From: Craspedostauros australis
Lineage: Eukaryota
Direction: 5' to 3'
Assembly (NCBI GenBank): GCA_030167865.1
Contig: JALAGF010005701.1
Coordinates: 1-48,522, forward strand
DNA length: 48,522 nt
The position numbers were made by a program, and so were the translations under genes. Below the pieces are notes generated by a model, which was not told where the DNA came from, made no database searches, and saw only the letters and a program-made list of their open reading frames with translations. Positions 22,177 through 34,754 of this stretch are shown in pieces. Numbering within the stretch: the first letter of the stretch is position 1; every line of letters begins with the position of its first letter.

Positions 22177-23745
22177 ATGATAGCCATGTCAATCACCTCG
22201 GTGGCCACAGAAGACCAGATTCAACATGACTACCAGATGGACTGCTCCTTGGAATGGATCAAGTGGTACATGCAGTGCAGGCAGAAGCAGGAGCCTCCGC
22301 GACGCACGAGGACGAGCATGGATATGAGTATGAATATGAGTATGAAGCAGAGCGATGGCTCGCAGCCTAAGATCAGCATACACGACAGCAACAGACCCAC
22401 TTTGCAGCAGCATGGCGCCAGGAACCCCGGAAGTCCCAACGCCAGTCCAACCAAGCCCGGTGCGAGGAGATACAGGAGCAAGCCCGCTCCGCCCGCTGTC
22501 CCCAAAGAACGGACGACTCTCGACTTCGACAATATGATCTTCACATCCATCACGATCGCCGACGAGGTGCTCACGACCGAATCCGCGGCGACCATCATCC
22601 GATTCGTGCGCATGCATTCTCACACGCTCAACAAGCTGCGCATGCGTCGTTGCACGGGTATACCCGATCTCCTCCTCACGTCTCTGCTCGCAATGCCGTC
22701 GGTCAGCGGCATCCGCACGTTGGAATTGTCCTTCGATACGCAACAGGACGGCGCATTGCTCGAACGCTGCTTCCAGGCGCTGGGATTGGCGCTGCAGGTC
22801 AACGCGAGCCTGCGCGAACTCGTTATCCGATTGTCGCATCCGCATCGTCATTCGGAGACCTTCCCGCTGTCCATCGCAAGCGCCCTGGCTCTGACCGCCG
22901 GTCTGACGCATACGTCGCATCTGCAATCTCTGGTCGTGGCGCACTGCAGCATTGCCGGTCCTTCGGCCGTGCGGGCCTTGGCCGATGGACTGCGCCGCAA
23001 CGTCTCGCTGCGTTCGGTGGACTTCACCAAGCTGTGCACGGCCAGCGGCGGGCCCTTGCCCGATGACGACGTTGCCATCCTCATGAAGGGCTTGCAGCCC
23101 ATACCGCAATTGCAGCGTCTGCGCATCAGCGAATGCCAAGTACTGACGCAATGCGCCGCCGCCATCGCACCCATCCTCACGCATGCCTTGCAAGAGCTGC
23201 GCATCGTCAATGCCATCCATACACCCAATGAACGCATCATCGATCTTTCCCATTTCATCGTGCCGTTCACCTGCACGACGACGTTGCATACGATCGAATT
23301 TTACAACTGCGGCCTCGACGACGTCAGCATGATCTACTTGTCCAAGGGATTGCAACACAACCGCACCATCCGCCGTATCTGCCTCGCCTTTAACCAACAG
23401 ATCACGCGTCCGCCCGTCGCGTTCGGCGACACCGTGCAACACCTCGATCTCTTCGCGTGCGACGACCGGCATCTGCATCACATCCTCCCCAAGTACCAAG
23501 ACCAGCTGCAATGCAACACCACGATGCAACAGATCCTTCTCGAATCCAAGTGGTACCGCAAGTATCCGATGCTGCAGTATTATTTGGGATTGAATCGGGC
23601 TGGACGTCGATTGATGACGTGTAGCGATGCATTGGGATTATGGGCGCATGTGTTGGGGCGGTCGTCGCATCAGCCCGATGCTTTGTTTTACTTTCTGACG
23701 CAGATGCCGCAATTGGTGAGGAACGGCTCTTCGAGAATAGAGTAG
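22177..23745 (+). CDS. RNI-like leucine-rich repeat protein of a diatom-type multicopy family
   Basis: RNI-type repeats (ALADGLRRNVSLRSVDF, LSKGLQHNRTIRRICL) and C-terminal YYLGLNRAGRRLM...LWAHVLGR...DALFYFL. GCCACCATG context at 22177. Confidence 0.8.
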   Translation: MIAMSITSVATEDQIQHDYQMDCSLEWIKWYMQCRQKQEPPRRTRTSMDMSMNMSMKQSDGSQPKISIHDSNRPTLQQHGARNPGSPNASPTKPGARRYRSKPAPPAVPKERTTLDFDNMIFTSITIADEVLTTESAATIIRFVRMHSHTLNKLRMRRCTGIPDLLLTSLLAMPSVSGIRTLELSFDTQQDGALLERCFQALGLALQVNASLRELVIRLSHPHRHSETFPLSIASALALTAGLTHTSHLQSLVVAHCSIAGPSAVRALADGLRRNVSLRSVDFTKLCTASGGPLPDDDVAILMKGLQPIPQLQRLRISECQVLTQCAAAIAPILTHALQELRIVNAIHTPNERIIDLSHFIVPFTCTTTLHTIEFYNCGLDDVSMIYLSKGLQHNRTIRRICLAFNQQITRPPVAFGDTVQHLDLFACDDRHLHHILPKYQDQLQCNTTMQQILLESKWYRKYPMLQYYLGLNRAGRRLMTCSDALGLWAHVLGRSSHQPDALFYFLTQMPQLVRNGSSRIE

Positions 23746-23999
23746 ACCATATGATGGCTTTCCTTTCGCGGACGCACAGCGCAATACAATGCAATGCTAT
23801 TGCCTGCTGTGGACCCTGACATCTCAGCGCACATGCATGAAGCAGCCGCAGTGCGCGACGTTGCCTCCAACTTGACCGTGCTCGGTTGATCGTCGCTTAC
23901 AGTAGACGTACGTATGCACGAGTACGTACTTGTGCTGTTGTAGAAGATATAGCCACTCTCCACACAAGTTCTGTCCTCGTCAGCATCCATCATCCTCGG

Positions 24000-25372
24000 T
24001 CAAGGCTGGCGCAGACATGAACACCGTCCCTCCATCGATTCGGCGATACGTGGAGCGCTGGGAATCGCTTCGCGACCAACATGGGCAGGCATAGAATCAT
24101 GAATAGATTGTTCACAATGACATCCATCGGTGGCGGTTGTTCGGGACATTTGGGTATGGTGTGGGTGCACCTTGGAAGCGCGAGTCGCAACACACAACGA
24201 CTCGTTGCGGAAGTCTCACCTGATTGTCGGAGCGAACCAAATTGGGCAAGTACGAAAGTTGGTGAGGATCATCCGACGATCACGGGAAAGCGGCACTGTG
24301 CAGGCATAAGTTAAGAGCAAGAAATCGAGAATATATACTCTAGTCGGAACATCTCCTTCATCCCTACTATAGTTGTGTTTCCACCAATTGATATGTATGG
24401 AGTGATGCGGCGAGCAGTACGCTGCCTATTGGACCTGTCCATGAAGATCGAAGTCGTCCCTGGGTTGTAGTTGGCGATGGCCTTGATGAGAGGGAAGTCA
24501 TCAAGCACTTCGCACGTTGGTATGGTTGAGTTTCACCCATGCTCATCCCTGAATTCTGTACGAAGGGTGTCGTAGATCTTTCATAGTCTAAAGATGATGG
24601 ACGCTTCGAGGTGCTTGTATGCATAGGTATGCCAATGATCCCGTGGTGGCTTGCGCGGTGGCTCCTATCACACCTGTACCACTGACCGAGAACAGAATCT
24701 GGAAGGCGGGTTTATCGAGATCCTCCGCGGAGTCCTTTATGAACGTGGACGGTGGCGCTTCCGTCTTGGCAAGCTTGCGGAACTCGGCGTACATCTCATT
24801 GAAGAGTTCGCACAGCTTACGTTTCGCGATGCCATGCGCCAGGAACTTGCCGAATGCCACATGATCATCAACGATGGCTTTGACAACATTTGGGTGGCTG
24901 CCTGCCTGCCTGCTTCAATGATGGTGAAGAGAGCGTCGCGGGTGTGCGAGCTTGCTGCAAGCTCGACGGTCTTTTCGGTGCCGCTATCAGAGTAGTACGC
25001 GAACACCCCCTCCTTCTCGTCATCGTTGAGCGTTGGCTTCTTGATGAAGGAGCTCTTGAGGGCTGCGTTGCTGTCGCCCTTGTGTCGGAATGGAGGCCTG
25101 TCCAAGTGGTAGGCTGGGGTGTCGCCAATCTCAGAGCGGCACTCCATGCGCTTTAAGGTTCGAGAGCTTCGTTGGTGGGACTCCTCCATCAGCTCGAGCA
25201 CCTCGTTGCGGGCTTCTTCGACGGCGCTGAGAATCCAGCGATTGGTGCCTTGCTACAGGTTGGAGAAGATGTATGCGGAGACTTCGCCGTTGTCTTCCAG
25301 ATGTGTTTGGAACCATTCAGGAACCAGAGTGTCGCCATAGTCGGCTCCACCCGCATCAAAGATTTCTTTCAT
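24000..25372 (-). pseudogene. Decayed ORF of a probable P-loop NTPase family (possibly Crinkler/RHS-like)
   Basis: ATG at 25372 (MKEIFDAGG...), in-frame TAG at 25253-25255, then ...VFAYYSDSGTEKTVEL (degenerate Walker A). Protein-like fragments continue in other frames (24588-24860, 24311-24508). Family assignment is tentative. Confidence 0.5.
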
Positions 25373-25715
25373 GACACCTGGCTGGCTGACTGGCGGGTGT
25401 CGCGCTGTTGATGATCTTATTCCCGAAACGTCGCTCTTTCAGGAAAGCTTCTTTTGCTGGGCGTTTGTGCTGACAAGAGAAGAATGAAAGAGGGAGATGA
25501 CAAGAGGTCGCACTCTCCTCGTCGACCGAATGGGAAGAGCAGAAGCACAGTTGCGAGCATGAGAAAGAGAAATACTGAAACCTTAGTTTTTGGAGGACCC
25601 GTCCCTTACGTTGGTCGCTTCTCTATTGTTGCAGAACGCTCCATCTTCCTCCAAAAGTACCGGGACCACTCTTTAGTTGCAGTATCGCAATCAGCCGACA
25701 CAGGTCTGAACATTC

Positions 25716-26949
25716 CTAGATATGCGTCATGGTATACCGCGACGGATCGATCGTCTTCTCGGTGTAAGCCTGAACGACGCTGACGACCTTCCCCAGCGTG
25801 GCAAGATGCGCCAGGACGTGAGAATCCACGGACGTCGATTGGCGCTTCGTCTGGCTGGCGATGGGTCCCAGCATCATGGTCAGCGTCACCACGTCGCGCA
25901 TCAGGCCGTGGTTGGGCGGGATCTTGCCGGCGTGCGTGTCCTCCAGGAATTGGATCAACACGTTGAGACGATCGCTCATGGAACGCAGGGAGAATTGGAC
26001 GGCGTCTGTCTGATGGTTGTAGTAGGCGGAGGCGTTGCTTTGGCTCGCGATGGCGGCGTCGTCGGACGTATCCGCAACAGCGGATGTCGTGGGTTGTTCG
26101 CGGATGACGCGCTCCACAGCGATGCGTTCGGACTCCGATGTGGCGAGGTTCCAGTTGGATGGATCCATGGCAAGCAACACGGCGGAGGCGGGCTTATCAT
26201 CTGGAACGTGGACCTGATACAGATTCATCGGCAGCTCCTCCTCCAGCGTCGATGTGACTTCCTTTGGTTCGTCGGCATTCGCGCCGCCGCTGTTGCTATT
26301 CCCATCCACTTGCAGTTGGCAAAACACGAATTGGTCCAGCGCGAAATGATCCCGCAGCTTCTTGGTGGTTTGCAGGTCCTGCGCGGTGGGTTCATCCTCC
26401 TGCGAAACACGGTACCATCCCACGACGGCGTGCTGCGGAAACACCGCCTGGTGCAATCCAATCTGCAACGTCGTGGCCTCGCTGATTTCCGTCGGGATGT
26501 CATCCGCATCCTGAATCTCGAGCAGGGTCGCAGTGTTGCTGTTGTGCTTGGATGCAACCGCGGTACCAGCAGTCGGTTGCCCGTCTTTCGACATCATTCC
26601 AAACAGGAGACCAATGACGGGCGAGTCCGGTGTCAGCGGGGATCCTCCAGAAGTGATGCGCGTGAATTGATCTGCCATGTGAACAATCGCGAGCTGAGCG
26701 AGTTTGGGGATGGGATCAGGAAAAGACAAGACAACACAAGGAAAGAGGACGGAACATGGGTTATTGGTGTGAGAAATCAATCAAATTGGAACGTGACAAA
26801 CTGCGAACGAACAGATCAAAGACTGTGAAGGACGAGGCATGGAGCTACAAGAAGAGAGACACCTTGCGACCACTCACCGGATGCATCGAGACCATGGTGG
26901 CAGCCCCGCTGCCTGCGCTTGGTGCATCCACTTCCATGTTGCTTGACAT
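25716..26949 (-). CDS. CSN6: COP9 signalosome subunit 6 (MPN domain); 2 exons
   Basis: Exon 1 26949-26878 (MSSNMEVD...VSMHP) and exon 2 26693-25716 (LAIVHMADQFTR...VIGLLFG...HQAVFPQHAVVGWY...SESERIAVERV). Phase-0 intron GTGAGT...CTCAG. Confidence 0.85.
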
Positions 26950-28129
26950 TGTATTCGTGGCAAGAGAAATTCGATGCAGAGTATGATGCTATTATACGAG
27001 TAGCGTAGTTGTCGATCGCAAGGAAGTCCTGAAATCTGGTTCAATGATCTTTCCTTTGTCTTGGTGTGCGACCGTGGATGTCCTGTTTGGTATGCAGACG
27101 AGAGGAGTGCTGGTGGAGTTATGATCAGTCGGGTAGCTGGGGAAGGATCGAAAGTCACGATGAGAATTGTTGTGAGTGTGTTCGCGTGCTTCTCTACCGT
27201 GTTGTTGTCCAGCGTTTGGTCTCCAATTCGATGTTGGCGGCATGAAACAGCGTTCACAGCGAAACTTGGATCTTCGATTCCTTGTTTTGGTCTTTGTTGT
27301 TGGTCGACTTGGTCGATAGTGGGAACACAAAAACATTGGAATACAGAAATAGCGCATTGAAATACTAATTTTGAGTTGTCACATTCACGACTCAAAGTCG
27401 CACGAAGAACCCTGTCGATTGCGTGGTGGTAGTAAAAGGCACAAACACGACAGGGAAAATCGTGGACATGCACACCAGACACAACCCAAGAGCCAGCCAA
27501 GACGCGAAGGAGCAAAGAGCCACGAGCTTCCGGTTCCAAGCACCCAAGCTTGTCTTGTCTCTGGCGGCAGTAGCGACAACAACAATAGCAACAACAATAC
27601 GAAAGTGTTCTGCGTGTATTATACATAATAATACTCTGCTCAAGTTCAGTCTCCCGTGAAGAGTGTAGTTTCGACACTCCAACATCTCCCGCCACCTGTT
27701 GCTCCCTTCTCCTTTCACCATCCCCGCAAGGCCAAAGACGAGTCTCGCTGCGGTGCACGCAAGAGAAAACGAGAAAGTTGTTGAAACCTGGAGCTCTCAC
27801 GAGGAGAGAGAGAGAGAGAGAACAACGTCCATCACTGCTTCCAACATCACCGAATAATAATACACGATTGATACCCACATATTATATTCTACGAGTCAGC
27901 CTCTCTTCTTCTCGGCTCGACTCAGCACGCAAAAGCACCAACAGAGTATCGGCAGAGCAGAGGACCCTACGCTGTTATCTCCGATCCATCCATCGATTCA
28001 TCGATTCATCTATACATCCACTCATTGAGTGAACAAAGACACACAATCCAACCTTGATTCATTGCGTTGGGTTGCGCGGCGAGCAAGCAACGAACGACGA
28101 AATCAGACTTCGCGAAACCAAATCACACA

Positions 28130-29968
28130 ATGCCCAGCAACGGACGCAATGAGGTCTTCTGTCTCCCCATCAACCAGATGATCGGGACCTCCTTCGAGGC
28201 CAAACGATGGCTGTCGTTGGATACGTGCGGCTTGCTGGGCGTCAGCTGCAGCTGGTTCGTCCATCTCTTTTCCTTCTTCGTCCTCTCGACCAAGGTCATC
28301 GCAGGCAGCATGTTCGCGACGGCCGTCTTTGTCCTGCTCTACGTTCCCGTCAGTCTGTTGGCCATGTCGTCCTTGTACATGGCATGGACGTCCGATCCAG
28401 GTGAGTTATGTTGCGTGATGTGGTGTGTTGGTGGGCGTCACAATTTCAATTCAATGGATTGAGACGAATTGAATTCAAAGGAATGACGTTCGGAAGAACA
28501 TGATCATGTCAAGGCAATGATGCACGGTCCTCAATCAGTGTGAGATCTTCAAATGCCCGCATATTGCACAACGTTTGTCTCAACCAATTCTACATCCCCC
28601 AACATTCACAACTCCATCTTGCATCCCGCGACATCCAGGCGCCGTCCCCATGGGCGCAAGGCCATTGGTCACAGTGCGCAGGGCATCTTCAGGGGATATC
28701 ACATCATCGGCACCCACGACAGTGTCATCGGCTTCCAGCAACGGCAAAAGTTCGTCCCGGCGTCGAGGTCTGCGACGGTGTCACAAGTGTGCCGACAACT
28801 TCAAGGCACCGCGTGCCCATCACGATTCCGTCACGGGGCGTTGCATCGTCAAGTTTGATCACTTTTGGTGAGTGTGGATGTGCCATTCTCGCATATGCAC
28901 TTGCATACTCGACCACATGCATGCCCATGATTTTGTGTGGAAGATTCACAAAGTACGGTACAATCGTCAACCAATCCATCCGCATGTACTCATCCTTGCC
29001 TGCCCCATCCACCGCTTCTTCATTCAATCATTGGCACTCGTATTCAAACGGCTCGATGACTTACCATATACCGTAACAGTCCGTGGGTCGGAAATGCAGT
29101 GGGCGCTCTCAATCACAAATTCTTCGTGCTATTTATCGGATACACGCTCTGTAGTTGCATATTATCCCTCTCCCTGCTCGTCCTGCGTGCAATCCATTGC
29201 GGCTACGTCACAGGAGCAGACAGCGAATCGGACGACGTCGCAGCTTCGACCGGTACCAAGGATGGAGATCATCGAAGGGCTCTCGCGGTGACGTCCAGGA
29301 TACTTGCCTCCACGTCAACAGTGCAAGCAGAATCCTCGGCATCCCTCTACGAACCGGAATGCATCGATTGGTACACGTCGTACCTTGTGCTGGCGCTGGT
29401 CATCGTCAGTTTGGTGTTCCTAGTCTTCACATGCACCATGCTCATCGATCAGGTCGAAGCCATCGAAACCAACACGTCCAAAATTGCGAGGATGAAGATG
29501 AGCGTGGGACAGGCCGGCACGGAGCTATCGCGCGTGACGGAGGAGTTCAATGAGATGTTCGGCGGAGAGACGAAGGAGGTTGGCTGGCATTGGTTCCTGC
29601 CTTTGCCCGTCGAATTCCCAGCCGGCATGGAGAAGGTCGTACTGGGGTACGAATGGGACGAGACCTTCGATCCTGTACCGTACGATGATGGCAGCGCACC
29701 CTCCAACGGCGGGGCCAGGATCGAGATGTCCACCATGTCGGGATCGCACACCACCACCACCACGCCGCCGCCATCCGGCAATTTACCTGTGCGCGTCAAG
29801 AATGGATCCTCTCCGCGTCGTGACATCGAGGCGGGCTCCCTGACCCCGAATGACGCGATTGGCACCAACGCGTCATTCGGAGGATCGTCCCCGACGAAGA
29901 AGGCACCAGCCCTGATCAAACGATCCACCAGCAAAAGCTCAGCAGACGATGAGATGCGCCTCACATGA
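28130..29968 (+). CDS. zDHHC-family protein S-acyltransferase with variant DHFC motif; 3 exons
   Basis: Exons 28130-28400, 28639-28867 and 29080-29968. The spliced product has TM helices, [53 protein letters not shown] and a C-terminal WFLP. Confidence 0.88.
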
Positions 29969-30659
29969 AGGGCCCGCAGGTCTGGGAGTTGAGGCACGAT
30001 CGGATCATGATGATCGAGATCTTGCATCAGCATGGTCATCAGAACGAACCCAGACTTGGCGACGCGCAGACAAAATGAAAATGAAGTAGGAGTGCAAGGT
30101 ATTCGTGGATATACATACGTGCGAGACTGTGTGGTACCTGTGCAAGCAAACAGAATATCAGGGCAGGCCAGGCCATAGGCGTACGGATAAGGGTACCATG
30201 TGTATAAAGGCTATGTTAAGAAACACAACATGGCACAGTTCAGCAAGCATGTGCTTTGGCCGTCGATGCCTCGCTTTTCATACCACATCATGCTCTCTTG
30301 CCCAGTGCTTTATTCATACCCTCGACTTAACGAAAACAAGAGCAATACCGATTTAATACGTTGTGCTTTACATTGGTGACGCTTGGCAATCTGGTCACAT
30401 GGATGACATATAATGGAAAGGATGTGATGACTTCTTATCAGTCGGTAGGCGCCACAGACGCGATACCGCGCACTTTGTGCAGCGCGATCGCGGGACTGTC
30501 TGGATTCGGAGCTTGCTCGTACAAATAGCTGACGCGGCGACCTCCTGGAGGTGTGGGTATGGAAACTCTCGATTCTGATGGAGATCTACGAAGTACCTGA
30601 GATGCATCTACTCATGGTTTGCCGCAACTCTTGCTTTTGACGCATACCCCCTCTTGTGG

Positions 30660-33600
30660 TTACACGCAGCTCATGCACGACACGTGCCCGTTGGTGATGT
30701 CGTCTTCGTACTCCTGTTCGAGCTTGACCCTGGACTTCTGATCTTCCCCAATCCCATCCTCCTCATCTTGCGATCCCTTCTTCTGGAGTCGTTGCTGGTG
30801 CGTTGGTGGCTCTTCGAACGGTTCCTCGTCCGGGCCACACGGGGAGATGGGCATCTGCATAATGTCTTCGGGAAGGCACATGAGCGTGGTGGGATCCTCC
30901 CTGTCGAACGTGATGTGCAACGGTGACATGGAGATGTCATCAACCGTCTCCGCCAAGGGACCGTCGTCGCCGAAATCAATCTCGATTCCGCCATCCTTCT
31001 CACGGATGAAGAAGCTGTCTTGGAAGCTCCTCGGAGCGTCGTGATCGCTGTCTTCGAGTTGCTTGGCATTGCCTCCGTCCGTCATTGGCGTGTCTGCTGC
31101 GCTATTGTCAGCCATTCCACTAACACCAGTCTTTGGTGACAGCTCCATGACCTTGACATCGTTTGGACTGGCTCGGGTGACCTTGGAGCGACGTGGGGCA
31201 CCCCTGGAATCGGATTCCTCCCCTGTCTTCTTCTCATCCTCCTTGTCCATCGTGCTCTTGTAGGAGTCCGTGCGATGCACAGTGTTTCTGTTGCCGTACA
31301 TGCTGTACATTCCAGTTGTGCAAGAGTGGCTGCTGGAGCGGGACCGTGTCGGTGCTCGTGGCGGTGTGAAGTCAAGCGGCATGGGCGTTGATGTCGATGA
31401 TGACACCGACGAAGGTGGGCGTGGTGGCATATCCGAACGGAAGTTTCGTCCCCGCGAACGTGGCGCCAAAGGCACCCGTGGAACACCCGATGATGGAGGA
31501 GACAAGCTCTCACCCCCCAAGGCTGGCACAGTGAGGCTGCTGTTGTGCGCGCCGTCGTCACCGTCCATGCTGTAGCTGCGCTGAGGACGCATGCCTGCCC
31601 ACGTGGCTGGGCGTTGCTCTTCGCTGTACGAGTATCTGATGCGTCGCGGACCTGGCGTGTGCATGTGGCGCGGAGACCAATCGATGGTGCGAGAATACGT
31701 GGCATACTTGTGCGGTGACGTCGACGAATGGTGCCGACTTGGGACGTGCATGTTTGTTCTGCTGGGCGGCGGTGCAGAAGCAGGCGCGTGCTCGCTGCTC
31801 TGTGGAGACCTGGAGGGTAGCGATGCTGGCGAAAGAGTCAACTCCACAGACTCCAACGGTTCGCCATGATGGTCATGCCGGGAGCCACCGAACCTGGCTG
31901 GTGACGATGCGACAGATCCCGAGCTGCGGTGCGTATAGCTGATGGCGGTTCCGTGTCCCCAATGCGAGTGGCTCGAGTGTGGCTGAGACTGTGGAGTCGG
32001 TGGCGGTGGCGGGATGCTCTCATCGTCAGCATACTCATGACTTGACGGAACATGGGCAGGATGGCTGTGGTGGTGTCCATGATGGGGTGGATGGTGGCCG
32101 CTGTGAGCGCTGTGGCTGCTGTGATCGGTGGGAGAGTGATCACGGTGATGCCCATGGTGAGGATGAGGATACGATGGTGGATACGAATGTGAATGCGAGT
32201 GGGGGTGCGGTTGTGCATGCGGGTGCGGATGCCGGGAAGGCGACGGTGGAGGCATGTGGCTGGATTCGCTGGGTTGGCGATGATGCGCATGATGCGGATG
32301 CAGGTTGGGATACGGCTGGGAGTGATACTGGTGGGAGTTCTCGTGAGAGCGAGAATGTGGTGAGTGGTGGGGGTGATGCTGTTGATGCTGCTGGTGTTTT
32401 TGTGGTTGCTGGTGCGGATGTCCCGGATGGTGATGATGATGGTGGTGATGGTGATAGTGATGGTAATCCGGCGGTGTGCCATGAGTGGGTGTCGGTGGAG
32501 CGTTGTACGAGTTGTAGTATGGCGAGGACGGTGGCGCATCGTACTGCGGTGCATCGTACGGCGACGGTGACTGCGGTGGTGCGCTTCTCGACGATGTTGG
32601 CAGCACAGGGCGAGGACTCTGACCTTCATACGGCGCGTAGCGTGGACCCCAGCTCATTGGAGACCGCGGCGATGGCGGCGGTGGTCGCGGTGATAGGCCT
32701 GGTGAGAAGTCTGCGCTCTTGGTGTGCCGAGGCGATGCCGGTTCCCAACCCCGATGTCTGCGTTGCATCTTGCTCTTGCCGACCGCTGCCGAGCATGGAA
32801 TCTGCTTGGTATTCCTTTTCAGATCCTTCTTTGCTTGCATCTTTGACTGAGGGGCATAATGGGGTCACGTTGGCAGTTGGAATGACATGAGAGCCAGCGT
32901 AGGTACGAGTAAGGAAGGCCGCGTCATGACACATCGCATCGTGTCATGCGATGTGGTGGAAACAGGCACGTCATCCACATGAAGAGAATCATAGACAAGA
33001 AGAAAGCGCAATTGGAGCGTGAGAGCAGTTGGCGAGAGTTGCACAACAAAAGCAGCAGGAGGGTGAGCCAAGAAGAGAACACGATTGTTGACACAGAGTG
33101 ATGTCTGGTGACGTGTGCAGACACATGATCGTCCATTCGTCTGATGTGGTGTTCGTATTCGGATGCAGAGTACCCGATCACGCATCAAGCCACACAGCAA
33201 ACTAAACATCCACAACTGACTCATGGAATGTGGCGGACTGCAGAATTCAAGTTCTGAAACGCTCTGTCTCTGTCTTGATACTCTGCCCGCAGGCTCATCT
33301 GTGTCGGTCCATCGACAGGCAGAAACAGCATGGCATTTCATCGTTGTTGATGCTTGATACGCACCTTCGGGGTCTTTGGCTTGTCGGTCGTCTTATCCTT
33401 CGGTGTGGCGGCTGGCTTCTTGGCGGCACCGTCTTTGGCTGATCCTTTGCTGTCGGTCTCGGTTTGTTTGTCATCTTCATCGAAGACGTCCTGCAGCGAG
33501 GTGGGATTGCCGAGGTCAGCCGAGAGCTGTTTGCGCAGGTGCGCGGCTCCATCTCGCAGAGCCTGGCTGGTCTTCTCGATGGCCTTCTTGTGGCTGACCT

Positions 33601-34754
33601 CGTTCCACAGCCCCGTTCGTGGGTCCTTTTCGAGAAACCGACCTGGAGGATCGAGGTTGTGGATGGCGTCGACGATGTTTCTGGAGATTCCCATCTTCTG
33701 GCGTTTGGTGCTCGAAACATATTGCTCCTGTGTCACCACGAGTTCGAAGCGAGGCGAAGCACGGCAAAGTGGAGAAGATCATGATAGAGCATGGCAGATT
33801 ATTGGTCGAGTGGCAATGTTTGCGTGAAGATGGCGAAGCGCCACGAGGGAGAAACGAGCAATGGCAACAATGTCGTGAGTTGAATTCGGACGAACCGGGA
33901 GGATCGGAGTAGCACACAACTATGTGTCAAGCAAACTGGACGCAAACTGGATGCAAGTGGAGTAGAGCAGAGGATCCTCCAATTGTGTCTTCGAACAGAG
34001 CACCACCGTTAGCAACAGCCGTGCATCCATGATCGCATGAAAGGGAGACCTGGGTCGACATCGAGAGCACCATGATCGTCATGGTCATCGTGGTTGTGAA
34101 TAGAGGTGGGTGCGAAGTGTTCTGCCTTGTCTCATCCGCTTCGCATGCTGTGGTGTCACGTGCGCACATGCGTGCTGCACTTCTTGTTCGCCGTTTCATG
34201 TGCTTCGCCCAGAGAGGGGTGACTTTGTGCCTTTTCAATTTCGCACCTCTGCTGCCGTCGCCGTCGTGTTTCATGCCACCGACTTGACCGCTGTTGCTGA
34301 TGTTGCACCATTGTCGACTCTCACACTGATGTCGACGTTGACGTTGTTGGCGTTGTTGATGTTGATGTTGATGTTGTTCGTGTCCGTTGTCTCTTGGTTG
34401 TGTGAGGCGATGATCCTCCTTGATGGGTTGCTCGACGAATTTAGGTTCGCAATCGTGTTGGATACAAATTCCATCCAATTGGACACATGGTGCTGTTGGT
34501 CTTGGCGGGCCATGTTGGAATTTGGAATCCCATGTGGCGTTTTTGCGTGGACTTACCTTGTTGACGCTCACAACCTTGCGGAAGTTCTCGTTGCCGGGGT
34601 GCCTGTTCGTGGTGACTCCTCTTCCGCACAGCACATCGTGGTTTGTTGGTCGCTCGATGTTCGTCTTTCGCTGTCCGTCGGGGATCATCATCATGGTGCT
34701 GCCCATCGCAGGGTACTCCATCCTCCTCCTCCTGTCTTGCTCGTCCGGGTGCAT
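30660..34754 (-). CDS. DUF6824-type diatom protein with long His/Pro/Ser-rich disordered tail; 3 exons proposed
   Basis: Exon 1 34754-34557 (NHDVLCGRGVTTNRHPGNENFRKVV). Exon 2 33727-33365 (KMGISRNIVDAI...GRFLEKDPRTGLWNEV...AIEKTSQALRD). Exon 3 32846-30660 (His-rich). All introns are phase-0 GT-AG; the exon 2-3 link is less certain. Confidence 0.75.

Noticed and set aside
26874..27878. 334 aa minus-strand ORF
   Set aside because: Spans the CSN6/PAT divergent promoter region, overlaps CSN6 exon 1 out of frame, and has no recognisable domain.
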